Below are positions 1 through 9,762 of a DNA stretch of 39,721 nucleotides, piece after piece; the stretch's first letter is position 1, and each line of letters starts with the position of its first letter. This DNA is from Gammaproteobacteria bacterium (GTDB lineage: Bacteria; Pseudomonadota; Gammaproteobacteria; UBA9339): the NCBI GenBank assembly GCA_031552655.1, contig JAVBML010000043.1, positions 1 to 39,721 on the forward strand, read 5' to 3'. A model generated the notes under the pieces. It had not been told where the DNA came from. It ran no database searches and was given only the letters and a program-made list of their open reading frames with translations. The translations under genes were made by a program, and so were the position numbers.

Positions 1-765
1 CAACAAGTTCTTGATGACTTAATTAATGAAACTTTGCTGCTTAATCTTGCCGGGAGAATGGGCATTAAAGTGGATAAAAAACAGTTGGATGTGATGGTAA
101 CGAGCATTGCCAAGGGCAATGGCATGACATTGGAACAACTAAGGGAGGAAGTAATCAAGAGAGAAAATATAAGTTTCGAGGAATTTCGGCAGCGGTTACG
201 TAAGCAAGCACTAATTCATGAAGTGCAGCGGCAGATTTTAGGTCCAGATATTTCCATTGATGAGCGAGATATTATCGAGGTTCAAAATAATCCGCCTTCA
301 TTGGTAGGAATGGAGATTCAGTATCAATTAAATGATATTGTTTTTACTGCCCCGGAAAATGTTAGTAAAGTTCGCCTAGGAACAATTAATAAGTTAGCGC
401 TAGAGTTAGCTAAAAAATTAAATCAAGGAGTCAATGTTAGATCGGCTATTGCAAAGATGGAGAAGCAGTTACAACCTGGAGAAAATATAGTTCTGGGCGA
501 TGACATGGGTTGGCGTCGCATCGATGAACTTCCTGAGCTGTTTGCTCCCGCCGTAGCTAAATTGAAAAAAGTTGGTCAGACGATTGGTCCCATTATAGCT
601 CCCAATGGTTTGCATCTACTGCAACTAAGGGAGATCAAAGATGGAGAAAAAGTAAAGCTTAGCAGGGAACAGGCAAGTGACATCGCGTATTCTAAAAAAA
701 TAATGAAAAAAATGGAACCATTTCTTAGAGATTTGAGGAGCAAGGCATATATCAAAATCAATTAG
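1..765 (+). CDS. surA: Periplasmic chaperone/PPIase SurA, C-terminal part (5' end lies outside the window)
   Basis: Frame 1 is open from base 1 (QQVLDDLINETLLLNLAGRMGIKVDKKQLD...), so the listed 34..765 ORF is only the TTG-initiated tail of a longer gene. The N-domain pattern (LI.E.L......MGIKV....L......IAK.N.MTL.QL) and a parvulin-like segment (GWRRIDELPELFAPAV...GPIIAPNGLHLLQL) resemble SurA. TAG stop at 763-765. Confidence 0.75.
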   Translation, partial: QQVLDDLINETLLLNLAGRMGIKVDKKQLDVMVTSIAKGNGMTLEQLREEVIKRENISFEEFRQRLRKQALIHEVQRQILGPDISIDERDIIEVQNNPPSLVGMEIQYQLNDIVFTAPENVSKVRLGTINKLALELAKKLNQGVNVRSAIAKMEKQLQPGENIVLGDDMGWRRIDELPELFAPAVAKLKKVGQTIGPIIAPNGLHLLQLREIKDGEKVKLSREQASDIAYSKKIMKKMEPFLRDLRSKAYIKIN

Positions 766-794
766 AATTATTTAATTTGCTGAAGATGTTTTTG

Positions 795-889
795 CTTTGG
801 CAAGCACTGGTTTTATGAAATCCTGCATTTATGGAATAATTTGTTCTTCACCGACCGTAGCAAAATAAACCCTTTGGTTAAGCACTGGT
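795..889. repeat. Two copies of an imperfect direct repeat, CTTTGG-N1-2-AAGCACTGGT (795-811 and 872-889), between surA and the pilin gene
   Basis: Read directly: ctttggCaagcactggt and ctttggTTaagcactggt. The AAGCACTGGT cores start 78 nt apart (802 and 880). Function unknown; possibly regulator binding sites. Confidence 0.3.
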
Positions 890-1001
890 AAAAAATCGCG
901 AATTTTTTAAGAATGCAATTCCATAGCAAAAATTGTCATTAAAATGAGGGTAACTATTTTTTTAGCGTTGCATACGATCCTTGCCAGTTTTTGAATTACG
1001 G

Positions 1002-1020
1002 CCTAGGATATTATCCTAGG
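1002..1020. promoter_or_regulatory. Perfect 19-nt palindrome CCTAGGATA-T-TATCCTAGG, 49-67 nt upstream of the pilin start codon (candidate operator)
   Basis: Read directly from the sequence: 9-bp arms around a central T. No T-tract follows, so it is not a typical terminator. Its position fits a dimeric regulator site for the pilin promoter. Confidence 0.3.
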
Positions 1021-1068
1021 GATAAAAACAGAGTTGTTTGCCTTGGTTGATGGTTTTATTTTATCTCC

Positions 1069-1494
1069 ATGAAAAATTATTACCTGCGTGGTTTTACTCT
1101 AGTTGAATTGCTGATCGCTATTGCCATTGTGGGAATTTTGGCTGCCGTGGCCATGCCGACCTACCAAAAATATATTCGCAAAGCTTACTATGTGGAGATT
1201 GTCCAAGCGGTATTACCATTTAAGTTGGCAGTGGAAGAATGCTATCAATTAACCGATGATATAAGAGAGTGCTACGGTGGTAAAAATAATGTTCCTAGGA
1301 ACATTGAGGATAATACCAGTGGTCTAGTTAGAAGTGTGATGGTTAGTGCCGGTGGTGTAATTGTGGTAACTCCAGCGGAACTACATGGTATTAAGTCCAC
1401 GGATACCTACGTGATGACTCCTCAAATTAGTAACCATGGACAACTGCGATGGGAAAAAAGTGGTGGTGGTGTCGAAGCTGGCTATGCTAACTAA
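1069..1494 (+). CDS. pilA: Type IVa major pilin (PilA/PilE family)
   Basis: Short basic leader MKNYYLRG followed by the class III signal FTLVELLIAIAIVGILAAVAMPTYQKY (G-1, F+1, E+5). 141 aa with Cys residues in the C-terminal half. TAA stop. Confidence 0.9.
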   Translation: MKNYYLRGFTLVELLIAIAIVGILAAVAMPTYQKYIRKAYYVEIVQAVLPFKLAVEECYQLTDDIRECYGGKNNVPRNIEDNTSGLVRSVMVSAGGVIVVTPAELHGIKSTDTYVMTPQISNHGQLRWEKSGGGVEAGYAN

Positions 1495-2671
1495 AGTGAT
1501 CGCCGTGGAGAGTAAAAAAATCGAAGATAATTCCGTGGTAAAATTAGTGGATAGCATAATGGATCGTGCCATAGCAAAGCAGGTGTCGGATGTTCATTTT
1601 GAACCCCATGGTGACCATGGACGAATACGTTTTCGCATAGATGGTATGCTCCATGAGGAGCATAAAGTTAGTATGGCTCTATGGCAAGGGATCGGTGCTC
1701 GATTAAAAATAATGGCAAATGTAAATATTGCCGAAAAGCGCATGCCCCAGGATGGTAGATTTACAGTGGGACAATTTACGAATAGATATTATGATTGTCG
1801 CTTAAGTTCGTGCCCTACGATTTTTGGTGAGAAAATTGTTGTGAGAATTTTAAATCCGTCCAATGCCATTTTGCAGCTAGATGAGTTGGGATTTACCGAT
1901 GAAGCCATGGCTCTATTCAGGCAATGTGTATATTCTCCCCAGGGCATGATTTTAGTTACCGGGCCTACGGGTAGTGGTAAAACGGTTACTTTGTATAGTG
2001 CTCTTGATTTGCTAAATGTGGCAACGAAGAATATATCTACCATTGAGGATCCCGTGGAGATCAATTTGTCGGGTATTAATCAGGTGGAGGTAAATGTTAA
2101 GATAGGATTAGACTTTGCAGTCATACTACGGGCACTGCTGCGCCAAGATCCCGATGTTATTATGATTGGTGAAATTCGCGATGAAATCACAGCAAAAATA
2201 GCAGTCAATGCAGCTCACACAGGACATTTAGTATTGGCAACGTTGCATACAAATTCCGCCGCTGCTTCATTAACTAGGATGCTAAATATGGAAATTATGC
2301 CTTTTAATTTAGCAACTTCTCTTCGATTGGTAATTGCCCAAAGATTACTTAGAAAACTCTGTGAATTTTGCAAAGTACCTCGGAAATTGTCACCCATGGC
2401 CGAACTTAGTTATGGATTACCAAGGGATGTTACTATATATATGGCTCAAGGGTGTGCCAAGTGTATTCAAGGTTATCGAGGGCGCATAGCCATTTTTGAA
2501 TTATTGGCCATAGATGAGGTAATTAGTAATACCATTGTGCAATGTTCCAATGTCTGTGTGATTGAACAACAGCTTGTTTCTTTGCCCTATAAAAAGTTAG
2601 GGGAGTTGGCATTGAACAAAGTATGTGCCGGTATTACTAGCTTAGAAGAGGTTAGTAGGGTAATGGGATGA
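1436..2671 (+). CDS. pilB: Type IV pilus assembly ATPase, PilB/GspE family (short form lacking the N-terminal domain)
   Basis: Walker A GPTGSGKT, Walker B DPDVIMIGEIRD, His box HTGHLVLATLHTN and a tetracysteine motif CEFC...CAKC typical of PilB/GspE rather than PilT. The longest ORF overlaps the pilin gene; a start at ATG 1484 (395 aa) is more likely. Confidence 0.85.
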   Translation: MDNCDGKKVVVVSKLAMLTKVIAVESKKIEDNSVVKLVDSIMDRAIAKQVSDVHFEPHGDHGRIRFRIDGMLHEEHKVSMALWQGIGARLKIMANVNIAEKRMPQDGRFTVGQFTNRYYDCRLSSCPTIFGEKIVVRILNPSNAILQLDELGFTDEAMALFRQCVYSPQGMILVTGPTGSGKTVTLYSALDLLNVATKNISTIEDPVEINLSGINQVEVNVKIGLDFAVILRALLRQDPDVIMIGEIRDEITAKIAVNAAHTGHLVLATLHTNSAAASLTRMLNMEIMPFNLATSLRLVIAQRLLRKLCEFCKVPRKLSPMAELSYGLPRDVTIYMAQGCAKCIQGYRGRIAIFELLAIDEVISNTIVQCSNVCVIEQQLVSLPYKKLGELALNKVCAGITSLEEVSRVMG

Positions 2672-3873
2672 GGATGGGTCGCTATAGTTGGAGCGGCATA
2701 GATGGCAGTGGTCATAGGGTTTCCGGCCACTATTTAGCAAAGAATAAATTTCAGCTAAGACAAATATTAATTAAAAAAAATATTTATCCTATAAAAATAA
2801 ATCTTTCTCTTGGTTCTATTTTTAGTTGTGGTAAATCCTTGGGGATACGACATGTCAGCTATTTTATGGAACAATTTGCAATTTTAATCGGTGCCAATGT
2901 TAATATAACCAAGGCACTGGATATTATTTTACATGGTATTAAAAATAGAAAATTAGCTTTTGTCGTTAGCAGTTGCCGAGAATCCATTGGTCAGGGAAAA
3001 TCATGCTATTTAGCTATGAAAGAATTACCCGATTATTTTGATGATTTTATTTGTAATTTAGTTAATGTCGGTGAGGAGACGGGAGCTCTAGATGTGATGC
3101 TACATGAATTGGCTAGCCATCTTAAAAAAATTGGAAAAAGAAGAAGTCAGTTGTTGAAAGCCTCTCTCTATCCCCTTGCAGTTTTTACGGTAGGAATACT
3201 AGTGTGCTTTCTATTTTTCGCATTTATCATTCCTCAATTTGAACATATGTTTGCTAATTTTGGATCCCCCTTACCAGGCTATACGCGTTCTATTATCGCT
3301 CTGGGCTATGGCATAAAAAAGTGGGGAGGAGTTGTTTTTTTAGCTCTCATTGGTTTGGGATATGCTATGAAAATTTTCTGCGGATGTTCTTCGGGAGCAT
3401 GTCTATTCGTAGATGAGATTCTATTAAAATTGCCTGTAGTTCGAAAAATAGTGCAATATACAATTTTAGCTCGTTTTATGGGAACCATGAGTTTAATGCT
3501 GCGTGCTGGTATCACCATTCCCAAAGCTTTGGAAATTTTGAATAACACTTTGGGTAATCGGCGCTATGAACTTCTCCTGGAAGAAATGAGATTAGCTCTG
3601 GTGCAGGGAATTTCCATGAGTAATTTTTTGAAGAATTGTCCATCGCTATTTCCCTACCAGACGGTGCAATTGATTACTTTGGGTGAGGAAACTGGATCCC
3701 TGGATAAACAATTGGAGAAAATGGCGGCTATCTATGACGAAAAATTGACTACCATTTTAGATAATTTACATACCCTCTTTGAACCCATTGTAATGCTAGT
3801 TTTGGGAACCATTGTGGGGGGATTGGCTGTGGGAATTTATTTGCCGATTTTTCGCCTTGGCGTAATAATCTAG
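2668..3873 (+). CDS. pilC: Type IV pilus inner-membrane platform protein PilC (GspF family)
   Basis: Duplicated GspF-type domains carrying GEETGALDVML and GEETGSLDKQL, and three hydrophobic TM segments. ATGA start/stop overlap with pilB. TAG stop. Confidence 0.9.
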   Translation: MRMGRYSWSGIDGSGHRVSGHYLAKNKFQLRQILIKKNIYPIKINLSLGSIFSCGKSLGIRHVSYFMEQFAILIGANVNITKALDIILHGIKNRKLAFVVSSCRESIGQGKSCYLAMKELPDYFDDFICNLVNVGEETGALDVMLHELASHLKKIGKRRSQLLKASLYPLAVFTVGILVCFLFFAFIIPQFEHMFANFGSPLPGYTRSIIALGYGIKKWGGVVFLALIGLGYAMKIFCGCSSGACLFVDEILLKLPVVRKIVQYTILARFMGTMSLMLRAGITIPKALEILNNTLGNRRYELLLEEMRLALVQGISMSNFLKNCPSLFPYQTVQLITLGEETGSLDKQLEKMAAIYDEKLTTILDNLHTLFEPIVMLVLGTIVGGLAVGIYLPIFRLGVII

Positions 3874-5201
3874 TGTCCGGCAATGGCCATTTCATTTACT
3901 AAAATAGATCCCGTTAAAATTTTGGATGAATATTCTATATCATTGCCCAGGGCAATAATTCCAAGAAACATATCTCTTAAATTACCAGCTATGGTAATGC
4001 TTGTAACGGGAAATTCGATGGTGCCGTTTTCTACCCAATAGCCAAAAGCACCGCAGGAATAATTTCCCGTAACTATATTTATGTCACCGCCTAGCAGCTC
4101 CGTGACCACTAATCCTTGGTGCATTTTTTTTAATAGCATGGGAAAATCTAGTTTTTCTACACCATTGACAATAATGTTATGTATTCCACCGCAGTTTCCC
4201 GTGGTTTTTAAATTTAGCTTACGGGCACAATAGCTATCCAGCAGATATCTTTGTAGCATGCCATCGCTAACTATGGGAGAGGGTTGTGTTTGGATACCCT
4301 CTTGGTCAAAGGGAGTGCTGCCTAGGGCTCCGAGAATAGTGGGATCTTCCAAGATAGCTATTCCCGGAGGGAAAATTTTTTTACCGATGCTGTCTACTAA
4401 AAAAGAACTACGACGATATATGTTAGTTCCCGCTATTGTTCGCAGAAAATTATTTATAAGTGCTGCAGCTGTATCCCTGGAAAATATTATGGGAGCATTT
4501 CTACTGGTTATTTTTTTAGCTCCTAGGCGTGCCATGGTTCGTTCCGCTGCCGTGGTAGCTAAATGGGTATGGGATACTAGGTTGCTCGATTTTCGTGCAA
4601 TGCTATGGTAGCCATCTCTTTCTTTGTGACCATTTTCTTCCGCAATAAAAACACAGCCCATGCTATGTTTAGTGCGATTAATAATTCCTAAAAAATCATT
4701 ACTGTTAGCGTAAACACTAGTGCTTTGGGAAGTAGCAATGGAGGCCTCTTCGGTCCCATTGATTTTTTTGCATTGTAAACCCTGGGTTTCATTCGCCTTG
4801 GCTAAATTTATTGCTTCTTCCGTAGTAATGTGCCAAGGATGATATAAATCTAAATCAGAATAATTAAATGCCATGAGCTCCCTGGATGCCAATCCTAAGC
4901 ATGGATCTTCCTCGGTGAAGCGGGCAATGTAGAGTGCTTTTTGCATAGCATCTGCAATGGCTGTATTGGAAAAGTCCGAAGTTGTTGCTCTACCGATTTT
5001 TTTTCCTAGGTAGATTGTAATTTCTAAATTTTTGCTGCGGTAATGCTCCATGGTTTCAATGCGCTGTTTGCATACATTAATAAAAAAACCCGTGTCTGTA
5101 TGCATATGTACTTCGGCATCGGTAGCTTCTGATTTTTTTATTTTTTCTAAAATAGCAATGGCTAGGGCGCTAAGTTCGCTGTTTTTTTTGACAAAATCCA
5201 T
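3870..5201 (-). CDS. pmbA: Metalloprotease PmbA (TldE), PmbA/TldD family
   Basis: 443 aa, collinear with PmbA. The N-terminal pattern ...AEVHMHTDTGFFINVCKQRIETMEHYRSKNLEITIYLGKKIGRATTSD and the Gly-rich C-terminal part are typical of the family. Confidence 0.8.
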   Translation of the reverse strand: MDFVKKNSELSALAIAILEKIKKSEATDAEVHMHTDTGFFINVCKQRIETMEHYRSKNLEITIYLGKKIGRATTSDFSNTAIADAMQKALYIARFTEEDPCLGLASRELMAFNYSDLDLYHPWHITTEEAINLAKANETQGLQCKKINGTEEASIATSQSTSVYANSNDFLGIINRTKHSMGCVFIAEENGHKERDGYHSIARKSSNLVSHTHLATTAAERTMARLGAKKITSRNAPIIFSRDTAAALINNFLRTIAGTNIYRRSSFLVDSIGKKIFPPGIAILEDPTILGALGSTPFDQEGIQTQPSPIVSDGMLQRYLLDSYCARKLNLKTTGNCGGIHNIIVNGVEKLDFPMLLKKMHQGLVVTELLGGDINIVTGNYSCGAFGYWVENGTIEFPVTSITIAGNLRDMFLGIIALGNDIEYSSKILTGSILVNEMAIAGH

Positions 5202-5212
5202 GAATCATCTAC

Positions 5213-7606
5213 CTATCTACGTGATCTAGTTTTTTTCACCGCAGTTGGTGTGGGTACCACTTTTAGTGCTATTTCCAAAACCTGGTCGATACGTTTTACG
5301 GGTCTAATATCTAAATTTTGCGTAATATTTTTTGGCATTTCCTTGAGCTCCTTAGCATTTTCCTCGGGAATAATTACAATTTTGATGCCTCCCCTAAGGG
5401 CCGCCAGCAATTTTTCCTTGAGGCCACCGATGGGCAATACTTCGCCGCGCAGAGTAATTTCGCCGGTCATGGCTACGTCAGCGCGTACCGGTATATTAGT
5501 GAGAGCGGATACCAAGGCGGTGCACATGCTAATGCCTGCACTGGGGCCATCCTTTGGAGTCGCTCCTTCGGGAACATGTACATGGATATCGGTTTTTTCA
5601 TGGAAATCCTTTTTAATACCAAGGGAAACGGATCTACTGCGTACTACCGTGAGAGCTGCATGAATAGATTCTTGCATAATTTCACCCAGTTGTCCCGTGT
5701 AGATAGCTTTTCCCTTACCGGAAACTATTGCTACCTCTATGGTCAATAGATCGCCACCGGTTTCAGTCCAGGCAAGTCCGTGAACTTGACCGATTAAATC
5801 TTTATTTTCTGCTAGACCGAAGTGAAAGATTTGAACTCCAAGAAAATTTTCAATTTTATCTCCCGTGATAATCTCTTTACTTATTTTGCTATTTTCACTC
5901 GAGGAGAGAATCTTTTTCACGGTTTTTCTACAAATTTTAGCTATCTCACGCTCTAGGCTACGTACGCCAGCTTCCCGGGTATAGTGACGAATGATCTCCA
6001 AAATAGCATCTTCGCTGAAGGAAATTTCCTTGGCTTTGAGACCATTTTCTTTGATTTGTTTTGGAATTAGATATTTAGTGGCAATGTTTAGTTTTTCCTC
6101 TTCGGTGTAGCCGGCTAATCTAATGATTTCCATGCGATCCAAAAGGGGCGCTGGGATGTCCAGTGAATTTGAAGTGGCAATGAACATTACGTCCGATAGG
6201 TCATAGTCAACTTCAATGTAATGATCGCTGAAGCTTTGGTTTTGTTCTGGGTCTAGAACTTCCAACAGTGCCGAAGCTGGGTCGCCGCGAAAATCCATGG
6301 CCATCTTATCCACTTCATCGAGCATGAATAGTGGATTTTTCACTTTTATTTTTGCCATCTTTTGGAGAATTTTTCCCGGTGATGATCCAATGTAGGTACG
6401 TCGATGGCCGCGAATCTCCGCTTCATCGCGCATTCCTCCTAGGGAGATGCGGATAAATTTACGTCCCGTGGCCCTTGCGATGGATTGACCCAGGGAAGTT
6501 TTACCCACTCCCGGTGGTCCCACTAGGCAAAGGATAGGACCTTTGGTTTTTTTGATGCGACTTTGGACCGCTAAATATTCAATTATGCGTTCCTTAATTT
6601 TTTCTAGCCCATAGTGATCGGCATCGAGAATTTTTTCTGCACGATTAATGTCGGTATTTATTTTGGAAGAATTTTTCCAGGGTAAATCTAGCAACCAATC
6701 CAAATAGTTACGCGACACGGTTGCCTCCGCGGATAGAGGTGGCATCAGTGCTAATTTATTTAGCTCCGCCAGAGCTTTTTCTTTTGCTTCGTTGCTTAAT
6801 CCCACTTTGTTGATTTTTACACGAAGTTTTTCCATTTCCGATAGAGGTTGCTTGCCTTCGTTGAGTTCATCCAATTCCTTTTGAATGGCCTTCATTTTTT
6901 CGTTGAGGTAAAATTCATGCTGCGTTTTGTTTAATTGATTTTTTACGCGATTTTTAACCTTCTCTTCAACTTGCAATATTTCCAATTCATGGGATAGCAA
7001 GGAGATAACTATTTTTAGGCGCTCCTTGGTATTTTGGGTTTCCAAGATAGTTTGTTTATCCCCTAGGCTAATCATAGGTAAGTGGGCGGCTACCACATCT
7101 GCTAGACGTCCCGGTTCGCTAATGTTAGGTAAGGCAGATAAGATTTCAAAGGGAATTTTGGAGTTTAATTTGGTGTATTCCTCGAAGCTATTAATGAGAG
7201 TCCTGACCAGGGCTTCGGATTCTTTATCCTGAATTATTTCATCACCCAGGGGTTCAATTTCTCCCATGAGAGTTAAGTTGTCTTCGGTGATTTTTAGGGC
7301 TCGTCCACGACTTGTGCCCTCGGCCAGTACCTTAATGGTGCCATCGGGAAGTTTTAATACTTGGATAATGTTAGCGATGGAACCAATGGTGTAGAGGTCG
7401 TCGGGTTTTGGGTCTTCGCTTTTTGAGTTTTTTTGGGAGACAAAGAATATTTGTTTACCTGAGGTTACGCTGATGTCCAGTGCTCGCACTGACTTCGAAC
7501 GATTAATAAATAGGGGCACCACCATGAAGGGATAGATAACCGTGTCACGCAGTGGTAGCACGGATATTGTTAGCATAGAGCTCTTCGTTTGTGCTTGTTC
7601 TGTCAT
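5213..7606 (-). CDS. lon: ATP-dependent protease Lon (LonA)
   Basis: 797 aa with a LON N-domain (LPLRDTVIYPFMVVPLF), Walker A GPPGVGKTS and the protease site PKDGPSAG with a downstream Lys. Lies downstream of clpX, as in many proteobacteria. Confidence 0.97.
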   Translation of the reverse strand: MTEQAQTKSSMLTISVLPLRDTVIYPFMVVPLFINRSKSVRALDISVTSGKQIFFVSQKNSKSEDPKPDDLYTIGSIANIIQVLKLPDGTIKVLAEGTSRGRALKITEDNLTLMGEIEPLGDEIIQDKESEALVRTLINSFEEYTKLNSKIPFEILSALPNISEPGRLADVVAAHLPMISLGDKQTILETQNTKERLKIVISLLSHELEILQVEEKVKNRVKNQLNKTQHEFYLNEKMKAIQKELDELNEGKQPLSEMEKLRVKINKVGLSNEAKEKALAELNKLALMPPLSAEATVSRNYLDWLLDLPWKNSSKINTDINRAEKILDADHYGLEKIKERIIEYLAVQSRIKKTKGPILCLVGPPGVGKTSLGQSIARATGRKFIRISLGGMRDEAEIRGHRRTYIGSSPGKILQKMAKIKVKNPLFMLDEVDKMAMDFRGDPASALLEVLDPEQNQSFSDHYIEVDYDLSDVMFIATSNSLDIPAPLLDRMEIIRLAGYTEEEKLNIATKYLIPKQIKENGLKAKEISFSEDAILEIIRHYTREAGVRSLEREIAKICRKTVKKILSSSENSKISKEIITGDKIENFLGVQIFHFGLAENKDLIGQVHGLAWTETGGDLLTIEVAIVSGKGKAIYTGQLGEIMQESIHAALTVVRSRSVSLGIKKDFHEKTDIHVHVPEGATPKDGPSAGISMCTALVSALTNIPVRADVAMTGEITLRGEVLPIGGLKEKLLAALRGGIKIVIIPEENAKELKEMPKNITQNLDIRPVKRIDQVLEIALKVVPTPTAVKKTRSRR

Positions 7607-7649
7607 ATTGTTATCTTCTTGATATTATTTCCAAATTTTTTATTTGTTA

Positions 7650-8867
7650 CTAATTCCTTATATATATTGGGGCTTTGATTTTATTTACAACCCCATCGTC
7701 GATAATGATTTTTTTGATATTTTTTTCTGAGGGTAGAGTATACATGGTATCTAGCAACAGGTTTTCTAGGATTGCCCTTAGACCCCGGGCCCCCGTTTTT
7801 CTAGCTATGGATTTGCGAGCAATTTCTGCAATGGCTTCGGAAGTGAATTCTAATTCCACATCCTCCATGTGAAATAATTTGCAGTATTGTTTAGTTAGGG
7901 CATTTTTAGGTTCCATTAGTACTTTTACTAAGTCCTTTTCTTCGAGTTCGTCAAGCACTGCCATTACTGGTAATCTTCCTACAAATTCTGGAATTAGACC
8001 AAATTTGATCAAATCTTCCGGTTCCACTTGTTGCAGTAGTTCTCCCTGGGTTTTTTTGTTTTTTTCATCAAATATTTTGGCGGAGAAACCAATGCTTGAT
8101 TTTTCACTACGTTCTTGAATTATCTTGCTAAGATCGGCGAAAGCACCGCCACAGATGAAGAGTATGTTTTTGGTGTTAACATGGAGATATTCCTGCTGTG
8201 GATGCTTACGATTGCCCTGGGGTGGTACACCAGCTACGGTTCCTTCGATTATCTTTAAAAGAGCTTGCTGCACTCCCTCTCCTGAGACATCGCGTGTTAG
8301 GGAAGGGCTGTCGCTTTTTCTAGCTATTTTATCTATTTCATCTATGTAGATGATTCCCATTTCCGCTTTTTTAACATCATAGTTACTATTTTGGAGTAAT
8401 TTTTGAATTATGGTTTCCACATCATCACCGACGTAACCCGCTTCGGTTAGTGTGGTAGCATCTGCTATGGCAAAGGGAACATTAAGTAGCTTTGCTAGAG
8501 TTTCGGCGAGGAGGGTTTTACCGTTTCCCGTGGGACCAATGAGGATAATATTGCTTTTACTAAGCTCCACCTCTTGATCAGCGCTGCTCAACTGCTTTCT
8601 ATGCAGCAATCTTTTATAGTGATTATATACGGCGACACTGAGAACTTTTTTCGCCATATTTTGACCAATAACATAGTCATCTAAAATCTTATTAATTTCT
8701 TGGGGTATGGATAGCTTGATTTCTCCAATGATATCTTCTCCCCTAAGGGAGTTATTGATTTCCTCGATGCATTCATTGCAGATCGCCGCAGATTCTCCCT
8801 GGACCAAGCTTTGAATATCTTGCTTGGATTTCCCGCAGAAGGAACAAAATTGATTTTCTTCTTTCAT
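7650..8867 (-). CDS. clpX: ATP-dependent Clp protease ATP-binding subunit ClpX
   Basis: N-terminal C4 zinc finger CSFCGK...CNEC, Walker A GPTGNGKT, and an IGF-type ClpP-docking loop (SIGFSAK). Confidence 0.97.
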   Translation of the reverse strand: MKEENQFCSFCGKSKQDIQSLVQGESAAICNECIEEINNSLRGEDIIGEIKLSIPQEINKILDDYVIGQNMAKKVLSVAVYNHYKRLLHRKQLSSADQEVELSKSNIILIGPTGNGKTLLAETLAKLLNVPFAIADATTLTEAGYVGDDVETIIQKLLQNSNYDVKKAEMGIIYIDEIDKIARKSDSPSLTRDVSGEGVQQALLKIIEGTVAGVPPQGNRKHPQQEYLHVNTKNILFICGGAFADLSKIIQERSEKSSIGFSAKIFDEKNKKTQGELLQQVEPEDLIKFGLIPEFVGRLPVMAVLDELEEKDLVKVLMEPKNALTKQYCKLFHMEDVELEFTSEAIAEIARKSIARKTGARGLRAILENLLLDTMYTLPSEKNIKKIIIDDGVVNKIKAPIYIRN

Positions 8868-9076
8868 GGCTACGTAGTAAATCTAATTAATAATAGTAAA
8901 TAATGCCCTAACTCAGGTGCGATGACAAGCTCGATGGAGTGGTAATTTATTTATTGGGAAAGGTGATGGATGTAGTAATGCGGGCATTTATTTTGGAAGG
9001 CAGTCTTTGAAAAGGGTAAATATTTAGATAAAAGGAATATTTTTTATTTCAAGACTATTGGTTTTTATAAAATATT

Positions 9077-9742
9077 CTAGGAGATGGTTTTTTTTATGAG
9101 TAGAAAGTCGTCGTAGGCTTTTTTCTTCTCCCCCGGGGAACGTAGTAAATAGGCGGGATGATAGGTAACAATGAGGGGAATGTTGGTGCCACCATATTTA
9201 TATATATTTCCCCTTAATTTTCCCATGGATTCCGTTGTATTTAGTAAAAACTGTGCCGCTATTCTACCCACGGCAACTAAGAGTTTGGGATTGATGAGGG
9301 CAATTTGTTGTTGTAGATAGGGGGTACATAATTTTACCTCTGTGGGTAATGGATCTCTGTTTCTTGGAGGGCGGCATTTGAGGATATTTGCGATGTATAC
9401 TTGGCTACGATTGAGTTCAATGGATATCAGCATGGCATTTAATAGCATCCCTGCTCTACCCACAAAGGGTTCCCCCTTTAAATCTTCATTGGCACCGGGC
9501 GCCTCTCCTATGAATATGATTTCAGCGTTGGTATTTCCTGTGCCAAAAACAGTGTTAGTACGTGTTCTATGTAATTCACACAGTGTGCAAGAAGCAACCG
9601 TTGTTTCTAGGGTAGATAAATCTAGGGAATCACCGTGACTATCTCTGGCTAAGCTAGATCCTCTAGGTTGCCAAATATCTATCCCCAGGGCATTTAGGTA
9701 TTGTTTTTTGGTTCCCATGGTTTCCACTGGAAAATTGGGCAA
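9077..9742 (-). CDS. Family 4 uracil-DNA glycosylase (4Fe-4S type)
   Basis: Motif A GEAPGANEDLKGEPFVGRAG, the C-terminal HPAYLLR motif, and conserved Cys residues (CTLCELH, LKCRPP, KLCTPYL). Confidence 0.85.
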   Translation of the reverse strand: MPNFPVETMGTKKQYLNALGIDIWQPRGSSLARDSHGDSLDLSTLETTVASCTLCELHRTRTNTVFGTGNTNAEIIFIGEAPGANEDLKGEPFVGRAGMLLNAMLISIELNRSQVYIANILKCRPPRNRDPLPTEVKLCTPYLQQQIALINPKLLVAVGRIAAQFLLNTTESMGKLRGNIYKYGGTNIPLIVTYHPAYLLRSPGEKKKAYDDFLLIKKTIS

Positions 9743-9762
9743 TAATTTCTAATCATAAATTT

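Noticed and set aside
780-900. Possible sigma54 promoter for the pilin gene (TTGGCAAGCACTGG looks like a -24 TGGCAC box)
   Set aside because: The required TTGC -12 element at the correct spacing (TGGCAC-N5-TTGC) is absent at this site and at the second TTGG..AAGCACTGG copy. I report these only as direct repeats.
5182-5189. T8/A8 homopolymer in codons 5-7 of pmbA (and similar A/T runs elsewhere), considered as phase-variation tracts
   Set aside because: Runs of 7-9 A/T are frequent throughout this AT-rich window, both in coding and non-coding DNA. The tract here simply encodes Lys-Lys-Asn. There is no evidence of slippage.
4258-5749. Plus-strand ORFs of 117-143 aa (4258..4611, 5250..5663, 5318..5749) inside pmbA and lon
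   Set aside because: They lie entirely antisense to well-supported conserved genes and have low-complexity, Ser/Arg/Leu-rich translations typical of shadow frames. The same applies to the other antisense ORFs in the track, for example 7675..8349, 13935..14349, 22851..23210, 28064..28414, 31016..32236, 35044..35382, 36290..36686 and 38283..38528.
8868-9076. 209-bp gap upstream of clpX, considered as a degraded clpP remnant or sRNA
   Set aside because: It is far too short for clpP (about 600 bp). I saw no ClpP-like translated motif in any frame and no convincing hairpin or terminator. It is most simply the clpX promoter region.
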